Notes: generated by a model not told the origin, from the sequence alone. Shown: positions 19,255-28,663, counted from the stretch's first letter. The stretch: 50,805 nucleotides of DNA from an uncultured Marinospirillum sp. (GCA_947624795.1 CANQLY010000001.1:1-50805); one strand, 5' to 3'. Numbers and translations are program-made.

Positions 19255-19302
19255 TTGACAGCTAAGCTGTACCTGCATACAGTTATAACCATGACCAAGG
19301 TT
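19255..19302 (+). promoter_or_regulatory. Methylase promoter with a LexA-like box and a downstream imperfect palindrome
   Basis: TTGACA(19255)-17 bp-TACAGT(19278); CTGT-ACCTGCAT-ACAG at 19267-19282; AACCATG-AC-CAAGGTT at 19287-19302. Confidence 0.55.
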
Positions 19303-19322
19303 TTGCTTTGATAGCGCATCTT

Positions 19323-20594
19323 ATGACAGGTAAAAAAATGATTCCTACTTATTATTCAATCGCCCAAGTAGCTGACATGCTTGGTGTTTCTAAGGAAACC
19401 TTAAGACGCTGGGACGCTAATGGTACTCTAGTGCCCCAAAGGCATCCTGATAATAATTACCGAGTGTATCATCGGTCTCAAATTGAACATTTTGAAGAAA
19501 TACAGCTTTTATTTAATAGCAATTGGCATGAAGAAATAAATACTAAGCCCAAACGAAACTATAATTTAATTGAATTGTTTGCAGGTGCTGGTGGACTTGC
19601 TTTAGGCATGGAGAAAGCAGGTTTTAATACGCTATTATTAAACGAGTTTGATAAACATGCTTGCAATACCCTGCGTGAAAACCGCCCTAACTGGAAGGTT
19701 GTCGAAAGCAGTATCTCAAGCCTAGACTTCACTGAATACCATAATCAAGTTGATCTACTTTCTGGTGGTTTTCCCTGCCAAGCTTTTTCTTATGCAGGAA
19801 AGAAGTTAGGTTTTGAAGACATTAGAGGTACGCTTTTTTTTGAATTTGCACGCGCAGTTAAAGAAACGAATCCAAAGGTTATTGTGGCTGAAAACGTTCG
19901 GGGTCTTTTAAAGCATGAAAATGGAAAAACCCTTGAAGCAATCACTAGTGTAATAGACGAGATTGGCTATGAACTTGTTGATCCAAGGGTTTTAAAGGCT
20001 ATGTTTTATCAAGTACCACAAAAAAGAGAGCGTTTATTTTTAGTCGGAATTCGGAAAGACCTAGCTAAGTATGTGAAGTTTAATTGGCCAGCGCCCTACA
20101 CAAGAATTATGACGCTTAGCGATGCTTTAAAAAAAGGCATTCTTTATTCTACCGATGTGCCTAGCTCTGCTGGTCAGACCTACCCTAAAAGAAAAGCAGA
20201 AATACTTGCCTCTGTTCCCCAAGGTGGCTATTGGCGTGACTTGCCCGATGACTTACAACGCGAATATATGAAAAAAAGCTATTTTTTGGGTGGTGGAAAA
20301 ACTGGCATGGCAAGGCGCTTGGCTTGGGATGAACCTAGCCTTACACTTACTTGTGCGCCTGCACAAAAACAAACTGAACGTTGTCACCCAGAAGAAACTA
20401 GGCCATTAACGGTACGTGAATACGCCAGAATACAAACCTTTCCAGATGATTGGAGCTTTTCAGGCCCCATTACAGCTCAGTACAAACAGATAGGTAACGC
20501 AGTACCTGTAAATCTTGCCTATGCCGTTGGCCGTTCATTAGTTACTTTGCTTAATGGCATTGAAAGCCTTCATGCAGAATCACATCTCACTTAA
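19323..20594 (+). CDS. DNA cytosine-C5 methyltransferase with N-terminal MerR-like HTH (M.Sau96I/M.Eco47II-like)
   Basis: VADMLGVSKETLRRWD HTH; ELFAGAGG, GFPCQAFS, ENV, QKRER, QIGNAV. Start ambiguous (19308 TTG, 19323 or 19338 ATG). Confidence 0.93.
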   Translation: MTGKKMIPTYYSIAQVADMLGVSKETLRRWDANGTLVPQRHPDNNYRVYHRSQIEHFEEIQLLFNSNWHEEINTKPKRNYNLIELFAGAGGLALGMEKAGFNTLLLNEFDKHACNTLRENRPNWKVVESSISSLDFTEYHNQVDLLSGGFPCQAFSYAGKKLGFEDIRGTLFFEFARAVKETNPKVIVAENVRGLLKHENGKTLEAITSVIDEIGYELVDPRVLKAMFYQVPQKRERLFLVGIRKDLAKYVKFNWPAPYTRIMTLSDALKKGILYSTDVPSSAGQTYPKRKAEILASVPQGGYWRDLPDDLQREYMKKSYFLGGGKTGMARRLAWDEPSLTLTCAPAQKQTERCHPEETRPLTVREYARIQTFPDDWSFSGPITAQYKQIGNAVPVNLAYAVGRSLVTLLNGIESLHAESHLT

Positions 20595-20614
20595 GTTGGA
20601 AGTAAAATAAAACT

Positions 20615-21091
20615 ATGCAGCCTAACTCTCCCTCACTCACTATGAGTGTTTTAATGACACCTGATAAGGCTAACTTTTCTGGTAATGTGCATGGTGGTAC
20701 GCTGCTTAAATATTTAGATGAAGTGGCCTATGCTTGTGCAAGTCGCTACGCTGGCAGTTATGTTGTTACCCTTTCTGTTGATCAGGTAACCTTTCGTCAG
20801 CCTGCTCATGTGGGTGAACTGGTCACTTTTTTAGCTTCGGTTAATTACACCGGACGCACTTCGATGGAAGTCGGTATTAAAGTGATTACTGAAGATATTC
20901 ATAAAAAAATGGTGAGGCATACTAATAGTTGTTTCTTTACTATGGTGGCTGTTGATGATGAAGGTAAGCCAATGGAAGTACCCAAGTTTGAGCCTCAAAC
21001 AGCCGATGAAAAAAGACGATTTTCTAATGCAAAAGTACGCCGTACTATTCGCCAAGAATTGAACGAGCGTTATGCTGCTTTAATAGACTAA
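20615..21091 (+). CDS. Acyl-CoA thioesterase (hotdog fold)
   Basis: ANFSGNVHGG..L...DE, GRTSMEVG. Confidence 0.92.
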   Translation: MQPNSPSLTMSVLMTPDKANFSGNVHGGTLLKYLDEVAYACASRYAGSYVVTLSVDQVTFRQPAHVGELVTFLASVNYTGRTSMEVGIKVITEDIHKKMVRHTNSCFFTMVAVDDEGKPMEVPKFEPQTADEKRRFSNAKVRRTIRQELNERYAALID

Positions 21092-21110
21092 GCTGCTTAA
21101 ATTTTTAGGA

Positions 21111-21647
21111 TTAAATACCTATGCCAACAGTGATGATCACTGCATTGGCACCAATTAAAATGGCTTCTGTTTGCATTCTCTTAAATTTAACACCAATGGA
21201 AGGCAGTATAACGGGGCCAACTTTAAGTTGATTAAAGGGCACTTTGCCACTGTATTCCCCTCTGTAACCATGAATGAATCCACCAGTTAATTTACTATAA
21301 AAAGGCGTTCCTTCAAAATCAAAGCGTTTACCTACATAGCCATAAATGGAGCGCTGTTCAAACGAATTAATAAAAGCTGCCGCCCCCCAAAGGTAGCTTT
21401 CATCTGTGTTGCGCTCAATACCCATAAGTTTCTGCCGATTATTATGCTCAGGTTTAGGGCTAAAATGCCGAGTTAAAACACTGGTTTGTATGTACCAATA
21501 AGGTTTGGCAACAACGGGCTGTGCTAGTTGCAAAAGGTTGGTCTTCAGCCAGTTTTTATCTGCAGGCTTGGTTTCACTCAATACAAGCGGTGAATAAGCT
21601 AATAAAATACCTAGCAAAATAAACAAAGTGTGGGTAAAAAACCGCAT
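21111..21647 (-). CDS. Exported protein, probable small outer-membrane beta-barrel (PagP-like fold)
   Basis: Signal peptide; alternating aromatic beta-strands; HFSPKPEHNN, FINSFEQRSIYGYVG, KLTGGFIHGY. A GGAGG RBS favours ATG 21647 over 21659. Confidence 0.6.
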   Translation of the reverse strand: MRFFTHTLFILLGILLAYSPLVLSETKPADKNWLKTNLLQLAQPVVAKPYWYIQTSVLTRHFSPKPEHNNRQKLMGIERNTDESYLWGAAAFINSFEQRSIYGYVGKRFDFEGTPFYSKLTGGFIHGYRGEYSGKVPFNQLKVGPVILPSIGVKFKRMQTEAILIGANAVIITVGIGI

Positions 21648-21690
21648 TAAAGCCTCCATTTTAGTCAGGTTATGTTAAGTTTAAAATAAT

Positions 21691-21724
21691 AAAAAATGGC
21701 ATCTATTTTAAGTAGATGCCATTT
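21691..21724 (-). terminator. Rho-independent terminator of fabI
   Basis: Minus strand AAATGGCATCTA-loop-TAGATGCCATTTTTT. Confidence 0.75.
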
Positions 21725-21761
21725 ATATTTATACATTAACTAACATTGTTAGCTGTAAGTC

Positions 21762-22529
21762 TTATGCCATAATGTTATGGCCAGCATCAACGTAATGTAC
21801 ACTACCCGTTATAGCAGAAGATAACGGGCTGACTAAAAATGCAGTCATATCACCCACCTCTTCTATTGTACACAAGCGCTTAAGGGGTGATTGCTCTTTA
21901 GCACTTTCAACTAATCGGCTAAAGTTATCTATGCCTGATGATGCCCTTGTCATCATAGGGCCTGGTGATACACAGTTAACTCGAATATTATTGCTGCCAA
22001 GCTCAGAAGCAAGGTAGCGGACTGTGCTTTCTAGTGAGGCTTTAATTGGCCCCATCATGTTGTAATGATCCACTACTTTTTCTGCACCATAGTAGCTCAT
22101 GGTAATTAAAGAGCCACCATTTTTCATTAATGGTTCTGCAAGTTTTGCCATACGAATAAATGAGTGGCAAGAGATGTCCATTGCTTTACAAAAACCTTCA
22201 GTTGTTGAATCTACAACACGGCCATGAAGTTCATTGATAGGAGACCAAGCAATTGAGTGAATGACAAAATCAATTTGTCCCCACTTGTCTTCTACTGCTT
22301 TAAAAAACGCCTCTAATTCACCTTGCCTAACAACGTTGCATGGCATGAAAACTTTAGCATCGACAGCTTTTGCTAAAGGCTCTACAAAAGGCAGTGCTTT
22401 TTCATTTTGATAAGTCATTGCAATTTCAGCACCTGCTGCATGCAATGCTTTGGCACAACCAAAAGCTATGCTTTGCTCATTGGCAACACCAATAATAATC
22501 CCTTTCTTTCCATTTAATGATAAAGACAC
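21762..22529 (-). CDS. fabI: Enoyl-ACP reductase FabI
   Basis: GVANEQSIAFG, MDISCHSF, YYGAEKVVDHYNMMGPIKASLE. A GTG start at 22529 with GGAG RBS is more plausible than 22613. Confidence 0.9.
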   Translation of the reverse strand: MSLSLNGKKGIIIGVANEQSIAFGCAKALHAAGAEIAMTYQNEKALPFVEPLAKAVDAKVFMPCNVVRQGELEAFFKAVEDKWGQIDFVIHSIAWSPINELHGRVVDSTTEGFCKAMDISCHSFIRMAKLAEPLMKNGGSLITMSYYGAEKVVDHYNMMGPIKASLESTVRYLASELGSNNIRVNCVSPGPMMTRASSGIDNFSRLVESAKEQSPLKRLCTIEEVGDMTAFLVSPLSSAITGSVHYVDAGHNIMA

Positions 22530-22769
22530 TCTTTTTTCTCCATAAATAAAAAAACTAACTTTAGTTAAATAATTGGCAAGGTGTATTTTAATATAAAAAA
22601 CTTTAAATTTCAAAGTGATTTTATAAGCTAGTTAATAAACAATAAGTTAAGTGCTTTTTTTCTAATTAAACGTTTGTTTTCAAATAAAATACATTGTGTT
22701 TTATACCCTAAGTCAGCCAAAATAAGCCGATGTTTAGTCGTTCTTAATTAAAGTAAAAGAAGCAATCTT

Positions 22770-23774
22770 ATGAATGTTTTAGCAGCTGTATTTATCATGT
22801 GTTGTGCTACTTTTTTTACACTAGGTTGTATGGCTGAAAGCCTAGAGCAGCGGAGTAAGGTCAGTGATCTTCCTGTTTGGGCTTCGGGTTATGTTGAGCC
22901 TTTTCATGCTGATTTAACCCAGTGGGTCGAGAATAGCTCACGTTCATTGGATAGCTTTTTTGGCAGTACGGATGCGCTTACGGTAGAAAACGATTCTTAT
23001 TTACGCCTTAGTTATGAGGTTGAGTGGTTTGAGGGTCGCACTAAAGACCATAATTTAGGGGTACGCTTTCGCTTAGATCTACCAACGACCGAAGAGCGTT
23101 TTCGCTTTGTTATTGAAAGTGAACCTGAGGAATACCGTGGTGACCTTGCAGGCCAAGAAACGAGTTTAAACAAAGACCCTGATAGGAGCCTGCGGGGAAT
23201 TCTTATAGGGATTAATCGGTTAAGTGACCGTGATAAAAGAAAGCAGTGGAATGCTGAATTTAGTGCAGGTATTAAATTGCGCTTAGTATTTCCTGATCCT
23301 TATGTGCGTTCTGTTATTCAGCGCCAATGGGCTTTAGGTACCAGTCCTTGGCAATTACACAGCGATAATCGTATTTCTTGGTTTAATCGTGATGGCTATT
23401 CTGCCCGTACACGGTGGGATGTTGGTCGACCCTTGGGTGAGCAATATTACTTTCGTTTATTAAATAATGTGCAATGGCGTGAAACAGAGGACACGCTTGA
23501 ATACAGTCAGGCGCTTGAGCTTAATCACCGTTTAAGTCCACGCAGCATTTTTCGTTATTCAGCTGTTGTATTGGGTGAAAGTGCCTCAAATCCAGCCATT
23601 GAAGATATTTATTTTGAACTACGTTACCGCCGCAATATTCATCAGGGTTTTACCTTTATTGATATTGCTCCAAGCTTACACTTTCCACGTGAAGATGACC
23701 GTAAACCGCATTGGGCATTAAATATTTCCATAGAAATGTATTTCCGCCGTTACATTGATCGAGCCAGCTTTTAA
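22770..23774 (+). CDS. Hypothetical exported protein, probable outer-membrane beta-barrel
   Basis: Signal peptide, LDSFFG motif, amphipathic beta-strands, C-terminal Phe. Confidence 0.65.
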   Translation: MNVLAAVFIMCCATFFTLGCMAESLEQRSKVSDLPVWASGYVEPFHADLTQWVENSSRSLDSFFGSTDALTVENDSYLRLSYEVEWFEGRTKDHNLGVRFRLDLPTTEERFRFVIESEPEEYRGDLAGQETSLNKDPDRSLRGILIGINRLSDRDKRKQWNAEFSAGIKLRLVFPDPYVRSVIQRQWALGTSPWQLHSDNRISWFNRDGYSARTRWDVGRPLGEQYYFRLLNNVQWRETEDTLEYSQALELNHRLSPRSIFRYSAVVLGESASNPAIEDIYFELRYRRNIHQGFTFIDIAPSLHFPREDDRKPHWALNISIEMYFRRYIDRASF

Positions 23775-23808
23775 CTGATTTCTTAACTAGTTTTTACTGA
23801 AATCTATT

Positions 23809-23982
23809 CTATTTAGTTAAAATGAGTTTGCCACGGCTAGTGATGCGCAAAGTATAGATTTCACCTTCATGTAAGATTGAGAGTTGTCGAGTTTTACCAA
23901 ACAGAGCCTTGCTTTCGATCTGAGGGCGGTTCTGTGGGTTATCTAATGGCGCAGTCTGTTGCTTAGTTTGGTTATTACTCAT
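23809..23982 (-). CDS. hemP: Hemin uptake protein HemP/HmuP, 57 aa; not in the ORF track
   Basis: Hand translation MSNNQ...QIESKALFGKTRQLSILHEGEIYTLRITSRGKLILTK carries the HemP signature H-x-G-x-x-Y-x-LRIT-x-x-GKLILTK. Confidence 0.92.
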   Translation of the reverse strand: MSNNQTKQQTAPLDNPQNRPQIESKALFGKTRQLSILHEGEIYTLRITSRGKLILTK

Positions 23983-24058
23983 AACGGGTTGCTCTAGGGT
24001 GCATGGTTTGGTTGGTTAGATTTTATGCTGCCTTTATTCTTGGCTGTACTTTAGTTGC

Positions 24059-24244
24059 AAATGATAACTATTGTTAAATGAGTTTTGGCTTTACGCTTTT
24101 ACCATGAGGCTTGCCTTCTTTTTGTTTTTAAACTTCTTCTGACCCACCTCAAATTAAATTGCAATTGATAGTAAGTCCCATTTGATTTTGCTTCTTGATG
24201 GCGTTAAGCTTCGCCATTAAACTTAAGTGCTAATCGTTCTCATT
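24059..24244. promoter_or_regulatory. Three Fur-box-like sites in the divergent hemP / iron operon promoter region
   Basis: AAATGATAACTATTGTTAAAT (24059-24079), AATTGATAGTAAGTCCCATTT (24163-24183) and AAGTGCTAATCGTTCTCATT (24225-24244), compared with AATGATAATCATTATCATT. Confidence 0.7.
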
Positions 24245-24259
24245 GCGTAGTTGGTGGTT

Positions 24260-24889
24260 ATGAAAGGTTTTTCTCTTCCTAAATACAAGCTCTCTCGTAG
24301 CCAGCGCTGGGTTCGTCCTTTGCATGCTTATAGCTCGATGCTGATGCTGTTTATTCTGCTGTTTTTCACCCTAACCGGTATCACGCTAAATAACCGCCAA
24401 TGGTTGCCTACACCGCAAGCCTCGCAAGAGGTGGAATTAGCCTTGGCTGAAAAGTTTGCAGCAATACCCATTGAAGCCACTAGTGCCGAAATGCAGGGGC
24501 AGGCTATTTGGCAGTGGTTAAAAAAAGAGCAGGGTTTGGCGGGTGGTGAACTCAGTGTGCAATGGCTAGCCGATGAGTCTTTGCTTCTACTCGATGTCAA
24601 GCGCCCTGGTGGCTACACCTTGGTGGAAGTATTTCCTGAAGAGCAGCGGGTTTGGTATGAAAACCAAAAACTAGGCTGGATGGCTGTGTTGAACGATTTA
24701 CACATGGGGCGTTACAGCGATAAGGCTTGGAGCTGGTTTATCGACCTGTCGGCCGTGGTTATTTTGTTCTTCACCTTAACCGGTTTTTGGTTGGTTTTAT
24801 TTCACCCTAAACGCCGCAGCCGCACCTTAATGCTCAGTGGCTTGGGGACTTTATTAATGCTGGTTCTGTATTTTTGGATGGTGTCATGA
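24260..24889 (+). CDS. PepSY-associated TM helix protein (putative heme-binding membrane reductase)
   Basis: LHAYSSM, FFTLTGITLN, LNDLHMGR, WFIDLSA, FTLTGFWL; three TMs. Confidence 0.85.
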   Translation: MKGFSLPKYKLSRSQRWVRPLHAYSSMLMLFILLFFTLTGITLNNRQWLPTPQASQEVELALAEKFAAIPIEATSAEMQGQAIWQWLKKEQGLAGGELSVQWLADESLLLLDVKRPGGYTLVEVFPEEQRVWYENQKLGWMAVLNDLHMGRYSDKAWSWFIDLSAVVILFFTLTGFWLVLFHPKRRSRTLMLSGLGTLLMLVLYFWMVS

Positions 24890-25419
24890 TTCAAACAAAA
24901 AAAGTAACAACTTTGGCTGCTTTGGTATTGGCTGCTTTGGTATTGATTAGTGCCTTAACCAGCGTCTCTTCTGCTTTGGCAGCTGAAGTGAGTATTGAAG
25001 TTAATTTGCCCGTTAGTGAAGGCTCAATGAATTACCGCCCTTACGTGGCAGTTTGGGTGGAAGATGCCCAAGACCAAACAGTTAAAACAATTGCTGTATG
25101 GCGCAAAGAAGCAGATTGGCTAAAAGACATGCGCCGCTGGTGGCGTAAAGCAGGCCGTTATGACCAAGGCGAATTAGACAGCGTGACTGGCGCTACCCGT
25201 CGCCCCGGCAAGCATGAGGTGAAATGGGATGCCACCAACCAACAAGGCGAAGCCGTTGCTGCAGGTGAATATACGATAAATATTGAAGCATCACGCGAAC
25301 ACGGCAGCCGTAGTTGGGTTCGCCAAACCATCACGCTAGGTAAGGGTGAAGGCAATCAAGTTTATACCACTAAGGCTGCTGAAGAATTGGGCAGCATGAC
25401 GATTAAAGTAAGTCATTAA
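24886..25419 (+). CDS. DUF2271 periplasmic protein with flavinylation motif
   Basis: YRPYVAVWVED, WLKDMRRWWR, DSVTGATR, EASREHG; ATGA overlap with the upstream gene. Confidence 0.88.
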   Translation: MIQTKKVTTLAALVLAALVLISALTSVSSALAAEVSIEVNLPVSEGSMNYRPYVAVWVEDAQDQTVKTIAVWRKEADWLKDMRRWWRKAGRYDQGELDSVTGATRRPGKHEVKWDATNQQGEAVAAGEYTINIEASREHGSRSWVRQTITLGKGEGNQVYTTKAAEELGSMTIKVSH

Positions 25420-25453
25420 AGTTAGCCAATAACTGGCATTAAGGAGTTTTATT

Positions 25454-26266
25454 ATGAAAAAAAGAACTTGGTTAGGGGCTGCTGCCCTGTCGTTAGCTTT
25501 ACTGGCGCCTAGTGTGCAAGCCCACCCGCTATGGATGTTGCCCAGTGAATTTAACCTTTCTACTGAAGAGTCCTTTTGGATAACCGTAGATGCCACGGCA
25601 GCGCATGGTGTGTTTACTTTTGATAAACCGCTGGGGCTAGATAGCGTCAGCATTTATAAGCCAAACGGTGACCGTCAGCGCATGGGGCCTTATTTTAAAG
25701 GTAAGCGTCGTAGCGTGTTTGATTTAGAAATAGACACTGCCGGTACTTATAAAATTGAACTCAGTGGCCAGCAGCGTTATGTAACCACCTATGAAATTGG
25801 CGCACGCAATACCAGTCGCCGTATTTTTGCTAATAAGCAAGAAGCAGAAATTCCTGAAGGCGCTAAAAACGTTAAAACCACCGCAGTGCAAACCTTGTCT
25901 GCTTTTTATGTAACCCAAGGCGCACCCAGCAACAAGGTACTTGAAGCAACCGGCAAAGGTTTTGAGCTGCACCCTTTAACCCACCCCAGCGATGTGGTTG
26001 CTAAAGAAGATGCCCGTTTCAAATTCACCTTTGATGGCGAACCACTGGCTAATTTAGACATAGAAATCACCCCCCATGGTACCGCTTGGCGTAATTCCCG
26101 TGAGCAGATGAATTTAAAAACGGACAAAAATGGCGTGGTTACTTTTAAGCCGACAGTCGTTGGTCCGCACTTATTAATGACCAGTATGCGTAAAAACGTA
26201 AACAGCCCTTTAGCCGACGCTGCGGGTGTGAACTACCACTTAACTTTTGAAGTGTTATCCCAGTAA
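25454..26266 (+). CDS. DUF4198 periplasmic protein
   Basis: Signal peptide ending AH, WMLPS, ELHPLTHP, FDGEPLAN, KTDKNG. Confidence 0.85.
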   Translation: MKKRTWLGAAALSLALLAPSVQAHPLWMLPSEFNLSTEESFWITVDATAAHGVFTFDKPLGLDSVSIYKPNGDRQRMGPYFKGKRRSVFDLEIDTAGTYKIELSGQQRYVTTYEIGARNTSRRIFANKQEAEIPEGAKNVKTTAVQTLSAFYVTQGAPSNKVLEATGKGFELHPLTHPSDVVAKEDARFKFTFDGEPLANLDIEITPHGTAWRNSREQMNLKTDKNGVVTFKPTVVGPHLLMTSMRKNVNSPLADAAGVNYHLTFEVLSQ

Positions 26267-26294
26267 TTGTTAAAACTTAACCTAGGAACCCACC

Positions 26295-26603
26295 ATGATT
26301 AAATTGTTGATTCGCACTGGCCTAATGTTATTGGCCGCCACTTCTGTTACAGCTTGGGCGCACTACCCAGTTATGGACTGTAGTCGGGAGGGCGAAGCAA
26401 TTGCTTGTCAGGTGGGTTTTAGTGACGGCACTTTGGCGCAAGGGCAGGCAGTGGTTATCTATTCTTACGATGATGAAGAACTAGCCCGCAGTGTGACAGA
26501 TGGTAGTTCTGTGGCTCGATTCGACTGGCCAGAAGGCGAGTTTTATATCCAGTTTGATGCCGGCCACGAAGACCCAGCCGAGTTTGATTATGTTGAGTTC
26601 TAG
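26295..26603 (+). CDS. Small periplasmic protein, FpvJ-like
   Basis: AH.P..C...C..GFSDG, YDDEEL and EFYIQFDAG resemble Pseudomonas FpvJ (from memory). Confidence 0.7.
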   Translation: MIKLLIRTGLMLLAATSVTAWAHYPVMDCSREGEAIACQVGFSDGTLAQGQAVVIYSYDDEELARSVTDGSSVARFDWPEGEFYIQFDAGHEDPAEFDYVEF

Positions 26604-27087
26604 GTCAAATTCTAGCGTCGAAGTGGTTCGCCCTGACGATGGCCGCCTAGAAAGTGTTTGGGTGGCTTTGTTTATTGCGGCTGTTGTACTTTTAGGTGCA
26701 TTAGGCATTTGGGCAAGGCAAACACCGGCTACGCTTGCCGACCCTTCAGCCAGCTTAACCACCGCAGAGCGCCAGTTGCTGTTAGAGCTTTCTATCGCCG
26801 CCGATGAAATCGAGTTTATGCAAGGCTTGCTGGGCGAAGAAGCACTGACCCTAGGCAATTTAACCCAACAGGCATTGTTGCCCCTATTTGTAGGGCAAGA
26901 TTTACAGGCTTGGCAAGCCATTGAGCAAGGCTGTTTTTTATTAGCCCAACCCAACACCAGTACAGCCTTTGCACTCAGCTTACAGGCGGGTGCCGCAACG
27001 GCTATTTTTTATACGCCTGAATTGGTTCACCCACCCCACACCTGCAACGAACTTAGCGGCTGGCTAAGAATGGATAACAATCTATGA
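26590..27087 (+). CDS. DUF6162 / FpvK-like membrane-anchored protein
   Basis: VVRP..G..E...V followed by a TM helix, LSIAADEI, and position before the metal ABC genes. ATG 26590 preferred to 26500. Confidence 0.7.
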   Translation: MLSSRSNSSVEVVRPDDGRLESVWVALFIAAVVLLGALGIWARQTPATLADPSASLTTAERQLLLELSIAADEIEFMQGLLGEEALTLGNLTQQALLPLFVGQDLQAWQAIEQGCFLLAQPNTSTAFALSLQAGAATAIFYTPELVHPPHTCNELSGWLRMDNNL

Positions 27088-27995
27088 ATCAGTGTTCGAT
27101 TAATCAAGGTTTAACTAAATACCTCATTTGGCTGGCGCTTATTGTTTTACCTAGCTGGGCAGTTGCTAAACCGCTAGTGGTGGGCATTACTTTACACCCT
27201 TATTACAGCTACACCGCACAGGTGGTCGGTGATAGAGCCACTTTATTACCTTTAATTGCCAGTGGTTTTAATCCGCATAACTATGAACTACAACCCTCTG
27301 ATATTCAGCGTTTAAGCAGCATGGATGCGCTGGTTTTAAATGCGATAGGCCATGACGAGTTTGCTGTTCATGCTTTGGAAGGTTTAGATTTACCTAACCT
27401 AACCGTGATTAATGCCAATAAAGATGTGCCGCTCTTATCTTCTGGCAGCGGCAATGCTAACTACAATCCGCACAGTTTTGTTTCGATAGATGCCGCGATT
27501 CGTCAGGTGTACACCATTGCCATTGAACTTGGCAAACTTGACCCTGCCAATGCTAGCTACTTTCAACAAAATGCCTTGCGTTATGCCCGTGAGCTGCGCC
27601 AGTTAAAAAACACCTACCGCAGCAAACTGCTCGATGTCAACCTAAGCGGTGTGCGTATTGCCAGCACCCACAATGCTTATGGTTATTTGTTGCAAGAATT
27701 TGGTATCGGGGTAGATACCGTAATTGAACCTGCCCACGGTGTTGAACCCAGTGCTAGCCAATTACAAGCCACCATTCAGCGCATTAATGATGCCAATATC
27801 CAAGTTTTATTTACCGAGCTAGATATGGATATCCGCTATGTGGATGTAATAGAAGCCGCCACAGGCATTCAGATTTACCATTTTTCGCACATGACCCACG
27901 GTGATTACGATGCCGACCAAGTTATAAGGGAAATGGAACACAACCTTTCTACCTTGGTAGAAGCCTTAACCTTAGCCGCTAAGGCGAATAGCTAA
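27084..27995 (+). CDS. Metal ABC transporter substrate-binding protein (FpvC-like, cluster A-I)
   Basis: GITLHPYYSY, GFNPHNYE, GHDEF, NPHSF, EPAHGVEPSASQL. Confidence 0.9.
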   Translation: MNQCSINQGLTKYLIWLALIVLPSWAVAKPLVVGITLHPYYSYTAQVVGDRATLLPLIASGFNPHNYELQPSDIQRLSSMDALVLNAIGHDEFAVHALEGLDLPNLTVINANKDVPLLSSGSGNANYNPHSFVSIDAAIRQVYTIAIELGKLDPANASYFQQNALRYARELRQLKNTYRSKLLDVNLSGVRIASTHNAYGYLLQEFGIGVDTVIEPAHGVEPSASQLQATIQRINDANIQVLFTELDMDIRYVDVIEAATGIQIYHFSHMTHGDYDADQVIREMEHNLSTLVEALTLAAKANS

Positions 27996-28663
27996 TGGGC
28001 CCAGCAATTGATTTAAAAGAAGTTAGCCTAACCCTGAAGGGTGTGGAAATCTTGCCTAAAATAAACGCCTATTTTAGCCCGGGTAAACTACACGCCATTA
28101 CCGGTGCGAATGGTTCGGGCAAATCCTCGTTACTTAAAGCGATTTTAGGCTTGGCTGCCCATCAAGGCCGGATTGAACGCCACTGGCCAACGGCTAACGA
28201 AACAATAAGCAAAGCAAGGCAGATTGCTTACGTTCCCCAACAAACTGCTTTTGAACCTTCTTTACCCATTACAGCGCAGGAATTTTTATTAGCTAGCCTA
28301 ACTAGACGGGCATTTTTTGGCTGGCGTAAAGCCGCAGATTTAAAGCAGGTGCAAGCATTATTACAGCGAGTGGGTATGCAAGCTAAAGGGCATTTACGCT
28401 TAGGTGAATTATCGGGCGGTGAACGCCAGCGTTTGTTATTTGCCCAAGCTTTAGAGCGTAATTCTCAGTTTTGGTGCCTAGATGAACCCATGACCGGCCT
28501 AGACCTACAGGCGCAAGCCTTGATTAATAAAGAAATAACCCAGCTTCGCCAAGCAGGTGCCACCCTGTTAGTGATTCACCACGACCCAGCTTGGGTTGCC
28601 GACTATGCCGACCAAGTTTGGTGTGTGGATAACGGCCTGTACATTCAAGGAGACCCGCTATGA
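27995..28663 (+). CDS. Metal ABC transporter ATP-binding protein (FpvD-like)
   Basis: GANGSGKS, YVPQ, LSGGERQR, LDEP. Confidence 0.92.
   Translation: MGPAIDLKEVSLTLKGVEILPKINAYFSPGKLHAITGANGSGKSSLLKAILGLAAHQGRIERHWPTANETISKARQIAYVPQQTAFEPSLPITAQEFLLASLTRRAFFGWRKAADLKQVQALLQRVGMQAKGHLRLGELSGGERQRLLFAQALERNSQFWCLDEPMTGLDLQAQALINKEITQLRQAGATLLVIHHDPAWVADYADQVWCVDNGLYIQGDPL

Noticed and set aside
22530-22613. N-terminal extension of FabI in the ORF track
   Set aside because: AT-rich intergenic sequence; FabI similarity and the RBS begin at GTG 22529.
24913-24942. 15-bp tandem duplication (LAALV x2) in the DUF2271 signal peptide
   Set aside because: In-frame slippage in a tolerant hydrophobic region; no sign of function.
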